DNA of 62,000 nt from Felis catus (taxonomy: Eukaryota): assembly GCF_018350175.1 (NCBI RefSeq), contig NC_058369.1:62001-124000 (forward strand). The letters are read 5' to 3'. Each line of letters opens with the position of its first letter. Positions within the stretch are counted from its first letter, which is position 1. Under the pieces are notes generated by a model. That model saw only the letters and a list, made by a program, of their open reading frames with translations, was not told the DNA's origin and made no database searches. The translations under genes were made by a program, and so were the position numbers. Below, in pieces: positions 48,261-60,045 of this stretch.

Positions 48261-48939
48261 GGGCACGGCCTATATGCCAGGCATGTGTTAGACACAGGGG
48301 ACCTCAAAGGGAATTTGCCGTGGTCGCTGCTCCGAGGAGTGGATCTGCACACTGAGAGGACAGCTTTGGTGGGTTTCGGTGTTCTAGGCCCAGGTTCTGA
48401 TTCCCATACCACCTAATTCCCTAGACTCACCTAATTCATGCCAGCCCTCCCTAGCTGTGAGGCTGAAGTCCTCCAGTGTGCCCCCGGCCCTTCCTTAGAT
48501 GAAGGGAAGGGGGAGCTCACACAAGAGGGGATACAAAGGGGCCGCCCTGGGACAGATGCCTACAGGGCCAGGCGGGCGAGGCCTGCAGAGAGGTGAGCCC
48601 CCCACACTGATGGATCACAACCCACTTATCACACAAGCATGCTGCACACATTACTTCTCTTAATGACAGCACTCACGTCCCCGTGCTGGAATGACCACTG
48701 TTAGGTGGAATGGCCACTCTCAAGAAACAGAGGCCCAATGAGGCTCAGTAAAAGTCATAAGCTGGTAGGTGCAGATGCGGGGTTTGAACCCATGCCCTTA
48801 GGCTCTGGAGTCTCCCCACTGCACAACAGGAAGGAGTGGGGACTGGGGTAAACTGCATATTCCATAGCCAGAGGGCCCAGTGCTCCCAGACACCTGAGTC
48901 TTCTTTAAAGAGACAAGAAGTCCAAGACTTTGGAGCCAG

Positions 48940-49060
48940 AGCAGGCGCCAGGCTCTGAGCTGTGAGCACAGAGCCCGACGCGGGGCTCAAACTCACGGAC
49001 CGGGAGATCGTGAGCTGAGCTGAAGTCGGACACTTAACCGACTGAACCCCCAGGTGCCCC
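48940..49060 (-). mobile_element. 3'-truncated CAN-SINE
   Basis: Reverse complement of ggggcacctggggg...gctcagagcctggcgcctgct; no CT or A tail. Confidence 0.88.
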
Positions 49061-49094
49061 TTCCCACTGCCTTCTCTTTAAAAGTAAAAATTCA

Positions 49095-49290
49095 GGGGTG
49101 CCTGGGGGGCTAAGCCTCTGACTTCGGCCCAGGTCATGATCTTACAGGTCGTGAGTTCGAGGTCTGGGTCAGGCCCGTGCTCACAGCTCAGAGCCTGGAG
49201 CCTGCTTCAGATTCTGTGTCTCCCTCTCTCTCTGCCCCTGCCCCACTCGTCCTGTGTCCCCTTCTCTCAAAAAATAAATACACATTAAAA
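49095..49290 (+). mobile_element. CAN-SINE
   Basis: ggggtgcctgggggg...gagcctggagcctgcttcagattctgtg, then A-rich tail. Confidence 0.9.
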
Positions 49291-49399
49291 CAAACATAAA
49301 GACAAGGCAGTGGGAGAAGATCCGAGGTCAAATTCAGCCTTGGGTCTGCCAGCGAGTGTGACCTCTGTCCTAGAAGCACAAACTCACCGAATGTCAGCC

Positions 49400-49748
49400 G
49401 TGGTGTGTTGGAGGCTGGCCCCCTGAAGGTGGACACACGTGCTCACCCCCCGAGCCTGTGGATGGGATGGGCCCCAAATCCAAGACATGTGTCCCAGTAA
49501 GACACACACCTCCCAGTAAGGCAGAGGGAGGTGTGTGAGGCTGGAGGTGGAGTGTGGAGAATTCGAGAGGCCGGCACCTCCAGAATCCGGGAGAGCCGGG
49601 ACAGGTGCTTCCCTCCGGGCCTCAGAAGCAACCAGCCTGCCCCAGCTGGGTCTCAGAACCCGAGCCCCGGGACCAGGAGAGAACACTCTTGTGTTTTAAG
49701 CCGCCTCGTTGGTGCTAATGTGTTGCAGCCGCCCCAGGACACTAACAC
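49400..49748 (+). mobile_element. MLT1-like solo LTR
   Basis: ctcagaagcaaccagcctgcc...ttgtgttttaagccgcc...gcagccgccccaggacactaacac. Confidence 0.7.
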
Positions 49749-50019
49749 GGAAGGTCAGGACACCCCTGAATGGCCCTGCGTCCCACCTGCTCCTGTGCAC
49801 GTGCAAAACCAGGGCAGCCCAGAGCCCACCCCAGGACGCCACAGGGAAGGGGTGATTTACCAGTGGGGGAACTGAGGCCCAGAAGGGGACGGGGCCAAGC
49901 TCCCACCGCCCTCATCTACCTCCTCAAGTCGTGCCACACGGCACATACTATTGTTCACTTAACGTTTCATTTTAAATAAATTCCAATTATAAACATAACT
50001 GGGTTTATTTTTCAAGGAA

Positions 50020-50440
50020 ATGGCAGGAAATGACTCAAATTTTCATCAATGGATGAACAAATCGACACGACGCGTCCCCCGAGCACACGCACGTCCCTCG
50101 TCCAGGAGCAGGAGTGAGGCGCCCACCCCCGCCGCCCCGCGGACGGACCCGAACACGCGACGCTCAGGGAGGGAACCCGACACGAGAGGCCACGCGGGGT
50201 GTGAGTCCGCGTGTGTGAAACGTCCAGAACAGGCTCATCCACGGACGGGAGGGGGGGGTGGCTCGTGGGGGCCGGGGGAGGGGAAGGGGAGTGAGGGTGA
50301 ATGCTAATGGGGACAGGGCTTCCTTTCAGGGTGAGGAATGTCCTGGGATTAGATCATGGTGAGGGTTTCACAACTGTATAAATGTACTAAAAATCTGAAC
50401 TGTACAATTTAAGCGGGCACATTTTATGGTACTGAATTAC
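50020..50440 (+). mobile_element. Ancient L1 (L1MB-like) 3' end, GC-shifted
   Basis: Same colinear L1 3' UTR, ending aatgtactaaaaa...ctgtacaatttaa. Confidence 0.7.
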
Positions 50441-50932
50441 ATCTTTTTTTTTTTTTTTTAGCTTATATGAGGAAGAGAGGAGACCGCCTTTTGCACCATC
50501 AGACTCCGGTTTGATGCGCAACAGTGTTTTCCTAACGGCCACTGAAGTAAACATCATTACCGGAACGGAAGCGTCCATCCAGGCAAGAGCTGTCGATTTC
50601 TGCTACGACAAATCAGTGGGAGCGTGTTGGGAGCCAGGCTGTTTGCACAGCCTCTCAACCCCCTCCCCAGCAAGGTTCTAGAACAGACAAAACCAAACTA
50701 TGCTGGTGGGGGTGGGGAGGCTGCAGGCCCCTGGGGGGACGCGCGGGCACATCTGATTTGGTGTTGCTGCACTACAGGTGCCCAAGCAGACACGATGAGC
50801 TTGACACGCCCTCACACGCTTTATGCTTGTCACCCTTAAGTTTTAAAGGTCGGATTAAAAAAAAAACACACACACACTACATCCCCGCAGACAGTTACTA
50901 ATTACAAAGGAAATAAATTCACCAGTGTGACG

Positions 50933-51335
50933 GTGTGTCAGTGTCCTGGGGCCACCGTAACAAAGCACCACAATCCGGACAGCTTAGAACAACAGGAATT
51001 TATTTTCTCTCAGTTCTGGAGGCCAAACATCGAAACCCAAAGCGTGGGCAGGACCACACTGCAGCCGAGGGCTCCAGGGCAGCTGACGCTTTGCGTCCTC
51101 CAGCTTCTGACGGGGGTGGCCAGATGTCCTCGGCTGCCAGGCACACTCCAGTCTCTGCCCCTGTTGTCACATGTGTGTCTGCGTCCAACTTCTCTCCTTT
51201 TAGGACACCGGTCGTGTAGATTTACGGCATCCTGTCATCTAAACTAGATTACGTCTGCAAAGACCCTATTTCCAAAGAAAGTCACATTCTAAGGCTCTGG
51301 CAGACACGAATTTGGGGGAGCGCCATTCGTACCAG
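50933..51335 (-). mobile_element. MLT1-like solo LTR
   Basis: gtaacaaagcaccacaa...aacaacaggaatttattttctctcagttctggagg...tctgcaaagaccctatttccaaa. Confidence 0.8.
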
Positions 51336-51751
51336 TACACCAAGCGATCCAAGTTTCCAGAACCGGTATCGGGACTGGCACCCGTCCCTGCCTCCTGCTT
51401 TGCTCAGTGGGGAACACACAGCTCTGTGCTGCTCGCCCAGAACGCACAACCTGAGCCCAATCGTGAGCAAACACCAGTCAGACACAGACCCAGGGACGGC
51501 AAGACGACCAGTGTGAGCTCTTCAGAAAGCGGGGGCGCCCTGCTCCTAACACGGGAAGTCTCCCATTGATGCCAACCGCCCTAGGTCCCCAGGGACCTCA
51601 GAATGACCTGCAGGCTCTCGTGTATGTGGGAAACCCTGTGTGACCACCGTGCCTCCAATCTTAACTCGTCTCAGTCATAACCCAAGCCATGGGAGGCAAC
51701 TTCTGTTCACTTCCTGTGGTAGAAAACACATAAGATTTGCCACCTTAACCA

Positions 51752-51865
51752 TTTCTTTTTCTTTAAAGATTTTATTTTTAAGTAATCTCCACGCCCAATG
51801 TGGGGCTCGATCTCACAGCCCCAAGGTCAAGAGTCGCATGCTCCACCAAGCCAGCCCGGCGCCCC
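51752..51865 (-). mobile_element. Short CAN-SINE
   Basis: tttaaagattttatttttaagtaatctc...aagagtcgcatgctc...ggcgcccc. Confidence 0.8.
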
Positions 51866-51869
51866 TCAT

Positions 51870-52400
51870 CGTAACCGTCTCCAAGCGCACAGCTCAACAG
51901 CATCGAGCGCACTCACACTGTCGCGCAGCCGCCCCCGCCACCCGTCTCCAGAACTTTCCGTCTCCCCAGACTGAGACCCTGTCCCGTGAAGCACTGACTC
52001 CCAGCCCCCTGCCGCACCCCTGGCTCCCAGCGTCTACTCTCTGTCTCTCCTCTAGGGACCCCCTGTGAGTGGGGTCACGCGGGACGTGTCCTTCTGTGTC
52101 TGGTTCCTGTCACTGCACACAGTGACCTCCAGGTCCGTCCATGTGGTGGCAGGTGGCAGGACGTCCTCCCTTCCTGGGGCTGGGTCATCCTCCGGGGTGT
52201 GGACGGACCACGTCGTGTTCATCCTTCATCCACCGATGGACACTCGGGGTGTGTCCACTTTTTTTTGTCTTTGGCTGTTGTGGAGTGTGCTGCTGAGAAC
52301 ACGGGGGTGCAAATCCCCATTTGAGTCCCTGGTTTGAATTGTTTGAGGTGCACTCCCAGAAGCGGGATTGCCGGGTCGCGTGGTGATTCCATGTTTCACT
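51870..52400 (-). mobile_element. Ancient L1 3' fragment, GC-shifted
   Basis: gtccttctgtgtctggttcctgtcact...tccatgtggtggca...tcatccaccgatggacactcggg. Confidence 0.7.
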
Positions 52401-53809
52401 TTTCAGTATGGTTTTAATACCCACGGAATTAACAAAACCATCACACGTATTGACACGTTATTTATTCTGTGTAGCTCAGACTTTACCAAGAGGTGCCCCC
52501 TACTTTGGAATGCCAAGTTGTATACAGCACCTCCAACGGTGTCTGTGGCTGCCACGTGCATGGGGGGGTCTCAAAAGGCACCGGACCCTGTTGCCATCAC
52601 GGTGCTCCTACAGGACGAAGCGTACGTGTTTGCATCCTGAAACACCCCCTAGGTTACCATCAAGCGTTGTCCTTGAGCTTCTCTTTTCACTGTTGCTTTA
52701 TGCCACCGCGTGAATTTTAAGGGGAAATGAATGTGCGGGTAAGTGTTATATGTATCTCAAGTTCATTTCAGGGTGGAGGGTTTCAAAACACCAGGCATTC
52801 GTAAGTCGTGGTTAATCCAACAGGATTGCAAGCAATTGTCTTAAACTGTTTGTTCCCAAACATTAATGGATGTTGGAATCACCTGGAAACGTCGATCACT
52901 GGGCCCACTCGCGGAGTTTCCAGCTCTGGGGTGGAGCCCAAGAAGTTCCCAGATGTCTAGGCACCTCACACTGCTCATAATTGGTTTAAGCCACTTTGGT
53001 AATCCCATTTCCCTTACTGTGAATGGATTTTGCCATTTGGGGGAAATGAGGGAGGGGGTGGGGAGGAATGGTGGAGAGTTTCTGAAAAAGAGAACTAGGG
53101 AAGAAATGGTCTTTTCTTCCAGTACACGTGACTGCATCCACATGTGATGCCTGGTGCTGTGGCTACCGTTTTGTGACCACGAGGGCGGCTAAGCCAGCAT
53201 GCTGAAGATGGCAGTGCAAACAGATGGAAAGACCTAGGTCTTTAGGGATGTTGTCGAGCCACTGAGCTAGTCCACCCTGGAGACACTCTGCCCCTTTCCT
53301 TCAAGGAATAAGCTACATTTGCGGCCAAAGGACAGCTCTACTCAGTCAGCCTCCCATAGTTCCTTGTGTATTGCCAGGATATGAGAACCACACTTCAGGA
53401 AAGACTGGGCGACACGGAGTCCTAGTCACTTCACTGACACGTGTCCAGGCTCGAGCTCCCTTCCGCTCCCAGAGTCAGTCTGCCTGGGCAGGGTCACTGT
53501 CTTTCTGTGCCCCACAGCACCTCGGGCAGAGTTGGGCACACGCTGTAAAAACCTTCATTCAGGAAGAGCGCCTGAAAGGACACGAGCGAGGGCACCTCAA
53601 AAAGCAGAAAGGTCTCATCAGGGAAATTCTAGTGAATGGAGAGGTCGGCAGTGTCAAAATTGTAGGAGTGGGAGGAAAACAAGGTTAGCAGTCCCCGCAG
53701 CTTGGTGCAAATTCTGGCTTGTCCACATCACAGGTTCACTTCTGCTCAGATACCCACCTCCTCAGACAAGGTCCAAAGACCAAAGGAAACTAGACGAGCC
53801 ACCCAGCAC

Positions 53810-53980
53810 AGTAAGCACGTGCCTCGTGGGACCAGTTGAATTTAAAGTTAAGTAAAATTAAAATTTAGTTTGTTAGTCACACCGGCCACATTTCAATGGC
53901 TCAGGGTCACGTGGAGCTACCATACTGGACAGCACAGATCTAGAACATTCCATCATCTCAGAAAGTTCTTTGGGCAGCGA
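53810..53980. mobile_element. MER3/MER33-like hAT MITE
   Basis: gccacatttcaa...gctaccatactggacagcacagatctagaacattccatcat...gaaagttct. Confidence 0.7.
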
Positions 53981-54194
53981 TGACCTCGGTTTAGGGAAAG
54001 TCACAGGACACAAGTCTGGCCAAAGAGACATGAGGGGAAGCTGGCTAGGGATTTCTGGGAATGGTCCCCTTATTCAAAAAAGGCCCCGCGGGAAGAGGGT
54101 CTTTTCTGCAGGCTGACGGGACAGGTGGAGCCACAGCCACTACTTTGCAGCCAGGAAAGGAACTAATCCGAGAGGGAAGTCACGTCAAGGGTGG

Positions 54195-54575
54195 CGTATT
54201 CGCCTCCTGGGGAGGCCGTAACAGGGCACCACAGACTGGACGGCTCGCAACAACAGAAGCACGTGCCCTCAGAGTCTGGAGACCAGAGGCCTGACATCCA
54301 AGTGGTGCAGAGTGCTTCCCTCCGGGGGCTCCGGGGAGGGTCCTTGCCGCTGTCCAGCCCCTGGTGTAGCCAGGTCACTCCAATCTCCGCCTCCCTCGTG
54401 TGGCCTCCTCCTCCGGCCCTCACGCGGCTCACAAGGACACCGGTCACCGATTCAGGGCCCACCCTCCTCCAGCATGGCCTCATCCTCGGGTCATACATCT
54501 GCAAAGACCCTACTTCCAAACAAGACCGTGTTCTGAGGTTCCAGGTTGACCTGAACACGGGGACACCATTCACCT
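54195..54575 (-). mobile_element. MLT1-like solo LTR
   Basis: gtaacagggcaccacagactgg...catctgcaaagaccctacttccaaacaag. Confidence 0.75.
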
Positions 54576-55002
54576 CAACACAAGAGAAGAGCCTGAATCC
54601 ACGATGAGGTCACCAAGCTGCTGAGGTAAGCGCAGCGCCGTCCACCCGGGGTCTCTTCTCACATACGACAATCGACATCTTTTACGTCTAAGCCCTGAGT
54701 CAGGGTGTGGTGACACAGCTGAAGGCATCGCAGCTGCCAGGACCCTCACCAGGACAGCGCTCCTGGCAGGTTCCTGGACGTCGCCGTGCCTCGGCTTCCT
54801 GATGTGTAAAATGGGTGGGAACCCTCAGAGTTGTGAGGATAATCCCCCCCCGATCCACACACAGCACTGAACACGGTGCACCTGGAACTCAGATGCCACG
54901 TTCCCATCTCTGCTCTCCGGGGCTGGGCCTTCTCATCTCAAACAGGGATCCTTCTAGGCTTTTGTGACGGTTCTGTGACATCAGGGAGGTGAGCCGACTG
55001 AA

Positions 55003-55392
55003 ATACTAGCTTCTTCTTGCCGCTACAATAAAAGACTACAAATTTAACATAAACTTATCCCCTTATAGTTCTGGAGTCAGGAGTCGGACCCGGGCCTCCT
55101 GGCTAACACCCGGGCGTGGGCAGGGCCGGTTCCCCCGGGGCCCCAGGGAGCCCCGTGTCCCCCTTTTCCGGCGGCCAGAGGCGCCGCATCCTGGGCCTGC
55201 GGCCCCTCCTCATCCTCACGGCCAGCAGCGCGGGGTCCGCCCGGCTCTCTGCCTCCCTCTCGTGAGGACGCCGGGCCCCCAGGGCATCCAGGGTCACCCC
55301 CGCCTCAGGGGCCTGATCAAGGTCCCCTCTGCTGTGTGAGGGGACACATCTGTAGGTCCCAGGACGGGATGTCTCTGGGGTTGTCAATCTGT
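55003..55392 (-). mobile_element. MLT1-like solo LTR
   Basis: cttatagttctggagtcaggagtc...gtaggtcccaggac. Confidence 0.6.
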
Positions 55393-56864
55393 CAACTGCC
55401 CTAGTATTTGACAGATGGGTGAGTTCAGGCTCTGTGGGAGGGACCTTAGTTCCAGGTCTGGTACTGGATTTTCACTCCGCATCTGTGGACACGCTCTGCC
55501 GCGCTGTGCCTCAGTTTCCCAACTTACAAAATGGGAACCATACATCCTCTTCTGCAGTCCCAGGGTCCTAGTGTGAAAGAGTCCTGCTCAGACCAGCCAA
55601 TCCCGGTGTGACCTGAGGGATGCCTGCCCCCTGCCTTAACCTCATGCCGCTCTGTAAACCAAAAGGCGCTACTTGGCTCTGTGACGTAGGCGCGCGGAGA
55701 GAGGCTCCCAGGCAAACACGGCGGGGGGCCGAGGCTGTTTCGGACCCCACGGGGCCCTCCGACCGGCTGGGGTCAGGGCCCTTCATCTGTCAGTCGGAGA
55801 CCCCTCTGGGCTGCATCTCCAACACAGACCCTGTCCCCACCTCTCTCCACCCTCACGTTACCCGGGTCCAGGTCTTCTCCCCTCACCCCCTCCTGGGTCT
55901 CTCTGCTGCCCTTCCAGCCCCCACTCCCACCCCGTTTCCATAGCGCCACCAGAAAGACCCTTTCAAACCCCCAACTCCACCCTGCGACCCCTGCTTAAAA
56001 CCATCTACAGCCAAACTTGCCAGCAAATCTCTTATCTCTCCTTCTCTAAGCCCCATGTAGGTCTCCTGCTGTTACCCAAACACGCCAAACTCATTCCCTG
56101 CCACTGGGCCTTTGCACTTGCTTTGCCCCTGCCTGGAACTCTCTTTCCCAAGTCATTTCGTGTCTGGGGCCTCACAGCTTCAGGTCTCAGTTTAAATGTC
56201 ATCTGCCGAGAGATGCCTTCTCCTTAATGCCCCTGCCGAGGTGACCACCCAGTCTCTCACTCTGGTACTTTCGTTCCTGCATCGTAATTTAGCACCTGCC
56301 TGCACCTTCCATTTATGTGTTCTCTTGGTTAGTTACTGTCAGCGTCTCCCTCTAGAATCTAAGCCCTGTAAGGGCAGGCACCAGATCTTCCCCATTTCCG
56401 ACCAGATTGTCAGTGCCTGGCAGGGTGGGCATGCATTAAATACCTGCTGCATTGACAAAAATGTCATGATCGTTGGAAGAACCCAACACCCCGCACCCTA
56501 CAACGCAAGCATCTGAACTCTGAACATCCTACACGCCTGCCCTCACAGCCAGTGGGCAGACACAGCTCCCTCGTCAAGTCCGCAGCACTACCCACGAGAC
56601 ACTCTTGCTACAAAGCCACTTCTGAATCCAGTCAAGCCTGTGGACCCACTGCCAGGACTCAGGAAGGGAAAGGGCAAAGAACCCAGTTAAAAGACGCCGT
56701 GAGAAGAGAGATCCAGAACGTGGGGCGGTCTACAGCCTCAACAACTCCACGTTGGGCCTGAGGCTCTACACATCTAACAGGCCCCCTGGGATGTGATGTC
56801 GCACACCTGGACCCCACGTGGAGGGAGTGTCTGGGACATCCAGAACGTCCACCCTATCAGGGGC

Positions 56865-57300
56865 ACAGTCCTCTGCTGGGGCCGGCCCTATCAAAGTACC
56901 ACAAACTGGGCCGCTTACAACAACAGAAACATACATGCTCCCAGTTCTGGAGGCCCAGAAGTCTGAAAACAAGGTGGAGGCAGGGCCGCACTCCGTCTGC
57001 AGGCTCCAGGGGAGGGTCCTTCCTGCCTCCTCCAGCTCCCGGTGGTGGCGAGCCACAACCCTTGGTGCCCCCAGGACTGTGGCTGCATCACCCCAGCCTC
57101 TGCCTCCGTCCTCCGTGGCTTCTCCCTGTGCGTCTGTGTCCTTATGCCCTCTTCTCATAAACACACCAACCATTACATTAGGGCCACCCTCCAGGATGAC
57201 CTCATCTTAACGTGACTGCTTCTACAAAGACCCTATTCCTAAATAAGGCTGCATTCGCGGGTCCCCATGGACATGAATTTAGTGGGAGACACTACTCAGC
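56865..57300 (-). mobile_element. MLT1-like solo LTR
   Basis: aaagtaccacaaactggg...cagttctggaggcccagaagtctgaa...ggatgacctcatcttaac. Confidence 0.8.
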
Positions 57301-57449
57301 CCAGTCCTGGGAGAGGTGCTGGACACGGTTGTAAAGGGAATGGACAGATAACCAAATGCAATCACATTAACTTCCAGGCTCCTGGTCCCCAAAGGCCAAC
57401 TGACGGGGTGTGAATGACTACCAGTCTGATGACACTTCGGGATCTCTGG

Positions 57450-59000
57450 TAATTTCCCAGACGTAACAATGAGCTGTGCGTGTGCAGGAGGACGGCTATC
57501 TAGGGAGACGCGTGCGGGACATCTCACAGCAAGCGTCACACTCGGCCGCTTACTTCCTTCCGCTTCGTGGAAAACTACCCGCCAGGATAGGTATTTTGAG
57601 TGGAGAAGGCGGAAATGTTGACCGTCGTAGGTGCAGGTACACAGGGGCTGTTCCGTGCGTTTGCAAGGTTCCCAGTAAAGCACCAGGATAAAAGAGGGCC
57701 CCTCTCTTTGCACCGCAGCGCGAGTCCCCTAGTCCCACTGCGGTCTGGCTGGGCGCGGCCGGGTCCGGATACCCCTTCCCCGGGCCCCCCACCTGGGCCA
57801 AGGTCTCTGCAGGTTCCGATTCCGCCGTCCGAGAAAGAGCTTTGAACGGGCTCCGGCGGTAGGACGCGACCACCCGCGACCGCGCTCCGCAGACCCCCCC
57901 CCCCTCCCGGCGCCAAAGGGAGCGCGTCCACCCTACGCAAGCGGGCGCCAACGGAGCGGGAGCGCGTTCACCCTGCGCATGCGTGTCCCCCACCCACCTG
58001 CCTCCCTCGCCCCGCCCCTCCCCACGTGACGCCGTGGGAACACCGAGCCCGGAGCCTCCCGGTTGGGGGCGGCCGGCGCAGAGCCGGCTGGAGGTGGGGG
58101 TCCGGGTGGCAGGGAGAGGAGGGACGAGGGGGCAGAGGGGTCCGAGGGTCCAAGAGTGGGAAGTGGGGGAGGGGGTCCGGGGGAGGTGTGGTCCGCGGGA
58201 TCCCGGCCGGCGCACTCACCCGCACGATGTAGGAGACCCCGGGCCCCAGGACCCTGGCGTCTGGGTGCAGCCAGCCGTGCGCCGGCTTGTGGATGAAGCT
58301 GCCTTTGCGGATCCACTCGTCGGCGCTGGCGTCCGCGGGCCCGGCCGCCCCCCGCGCGCCCCGCGGGCCCCTGCCGCCGGCGGCCCGGCAGCGGCTGAGC
58401 GCCGGCAGCGGACAGGGCGCGGCGCAGCGCGGCTCGCAGGCGCCCAGGACCGCGGCCGCCAGCGCAGGGACGCTGGCCGGACCGGCCGGCTCGGGCTGGG
58501 AGTCGGCGGCCCCCGCGCCCCCGGCCGCCCGAGCTGCCGCGGGGCCCCGGCCCAGGAAGCCCGCGGGGGCAGCGAACTTCCACTGCGGCATGCGCGGCAG
58601 CAGCGCGCAGAAGGTGGTGGGCGCCTCGGGCTCCGGGGGCGCGGGGGGCGCGGGGGGCGTGCGCCCGCCCGGACCCTGCGTCATGGCCGCGGTCGCCCGA
58701 CCGAGCCCGACCGGGCGCTGCGCCTGGCGCGGAGGAGGCCCTCCCCTCCGTCCCGCTCCCTCCCGCTCCCTCCCGCTCCCTCCCCGCCCCCGGCCCGGTG
58801 ATGTCATCCGCCCGGCCCAGCGCGCAGCCGCGGGGGGCTGCGCCCCTGGGACCCGGGCCCTGGGCGTCCCGGCGCCTGCGGGGAGGCTGGGGAAACTGAG
58901 GCCCACAGAGGGCACGGACCCTGCCTGGGATCCGCCAGCCAGCGAGGGAGCGATGTTTCCAACCCAAGACCCGGACAGCGACCCCAGCGTGGCCCCTCCA
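57450..59000 (-). promoter_or_regulatory. SHC2 CpG island and promoter
   Basis: Dense CpG spanning exon 1; GC boxes and a CRE-like TGATGTCA near 58800. Confidence 0.8.
58220..58684 (-). CDS. SHC2: SHC2 exon 1 (MTQGPGG...GWLHPDARVLGPGVSYIVR)
   Basis: gcggccATG at 58684; donor CGG|GTGAGT; 465 nt. Confidence 0.93.
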
Positions 59001-59871
59001 CCCGTTGTCCAAATTCCTAGAAGGACCGAGGTGGGAGAGACTTGGAAATCACTTGTCTTCTCCCGGTTTTGACCGATGGGAAAACTGAGGCCTGCGGAGG
59101 GGTGGGGACGCGGTCAGAGGAGAAAGCCCCAAACCCTAACCCCAACCGCTGTCCCTGCCCTGTGTCCTGATGGGGAAGCTGAGACCCAGAGAGGGGCACG
59201 CAGCGGCCACTCGTACTCGGAAGTGTGAATTGGGCCGGCTGGGTCTGGGAGGGGGGACTCAGGACGAAGCCGAGGCCCCCCTTATGCCGCTTCCCCGTGG
59301 GCTTCACTTTCCAAGGCTGTAAGCCGGGGACGCGGGGCTGGAGGGTCACGGGCTCCTCCTCCATTTCTGGGGAGCTCTGTCCCGCAGCGACCCAGCTGAA
59401 CTCGTGGGCCTCAGCCTCGCAGGCGGGCCCGCCCTTCGGTCCCCAACCTCTCTGTCCCCCACCCAGACCTGAAAGGGTGATTCTTTCTGTACTGGGGATC
59501 AGGGATGCCACGGTCACCCCAGGCCTCCTGGCCTCTCTTGACAGACCTTCCTTCCCCTCCCCCGACTGGGGTGGGGCTGACTGCCGGGAAACAATGGGAG
59601 GGGGCCAGGGCGCGCGCGCAGGTGGAGGAGGGGTGAGGCTGTCTGGAGCCCGATCGATAAATCAGAGAAATGAGATCACAGACTGGCGGTCGCCGCGGAG
59701 CTCGTGGAGGAGGAGGCGAAGCGGAGGAGGGACGCGCAGCCAATTGGCCGGCGTTGGGGTGGGGGTCGGGGATGCTGCCCCAAGCCTGTGTGTCTCACAC
59801 TGGGACGCTCTTGTGCAGGGTAGGGATGAGCCCCCATAGAGCGGGCGTGGCCTCTGGGTCTGCTGGTGGAC

Positions 59872-59873
<2 letters not shown>

Positions 59874-59906
<33 letters not shown>
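59874..59906 (+). repeat. G33 homopolymer
   Basis: Directly visible; length may be unreliable in the assembly. Confidence 0.85.
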
Positions 59907-59907
<1 letters not shown>

Positions 59908-60045
59908 GTTTGTCTGGGTCTGGAGCCCCCGTCTGGACGTGTTTGTGTCTATTATTGTCTGCATACATGTGGGACTGTGTGGGAGTGTATATTGAGTGCA
60001 AGTTTGAACATGTGTGTGAGGAAGGCACCTGGGTTCCCCTGAGGG

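Larger units (their letters stand above)
29560..58750 (-). other. SHC2: SHC2 (ShcB/Sck) gene: 12 coding exons plus a non-coding terminal exon; PTB-CH1-SH2 adaptor, 581 aa
   Basis: Coding exons sum to 1746 nt = 582 codons including stop, all GT-AG and frame-consistent. PTB (YMGCIEV, SISFASGGD), CH1 (YYNSIP, YVNT) and SH2 ([12 protein letters not shown]) motifs are present. Transcript ends are approximate. Confidence 0.96.

Noticed and set aside
52400..52840. AT-richer stretch that might be a transposase remnant or foreign DNA
   Set aside because: No sustained ORF or recognisable motif; most likely an old repeat that I cannot classify without a database search.
58685..58807. In-frame upstream ATG (MTSP...) 41 codons before the SHC2 start
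   Set aside because: It sits among promoter motifs (overlapping a CRE-like site) and is probably upstream of the TSS; nothing in the sequence supports its use.
57933..59072. Several long overlapping ORFs around SHC2 exon 1
   Set aside because: These are shadow frames of a very GC-rich CpG island; only the MTQGPGG frame matches SHC2.
59129..59147. Interstitial telomeric repeat (aaaccctaaccccaacc)
   Set aside because: Only two to three imperfect units; expected by chance.
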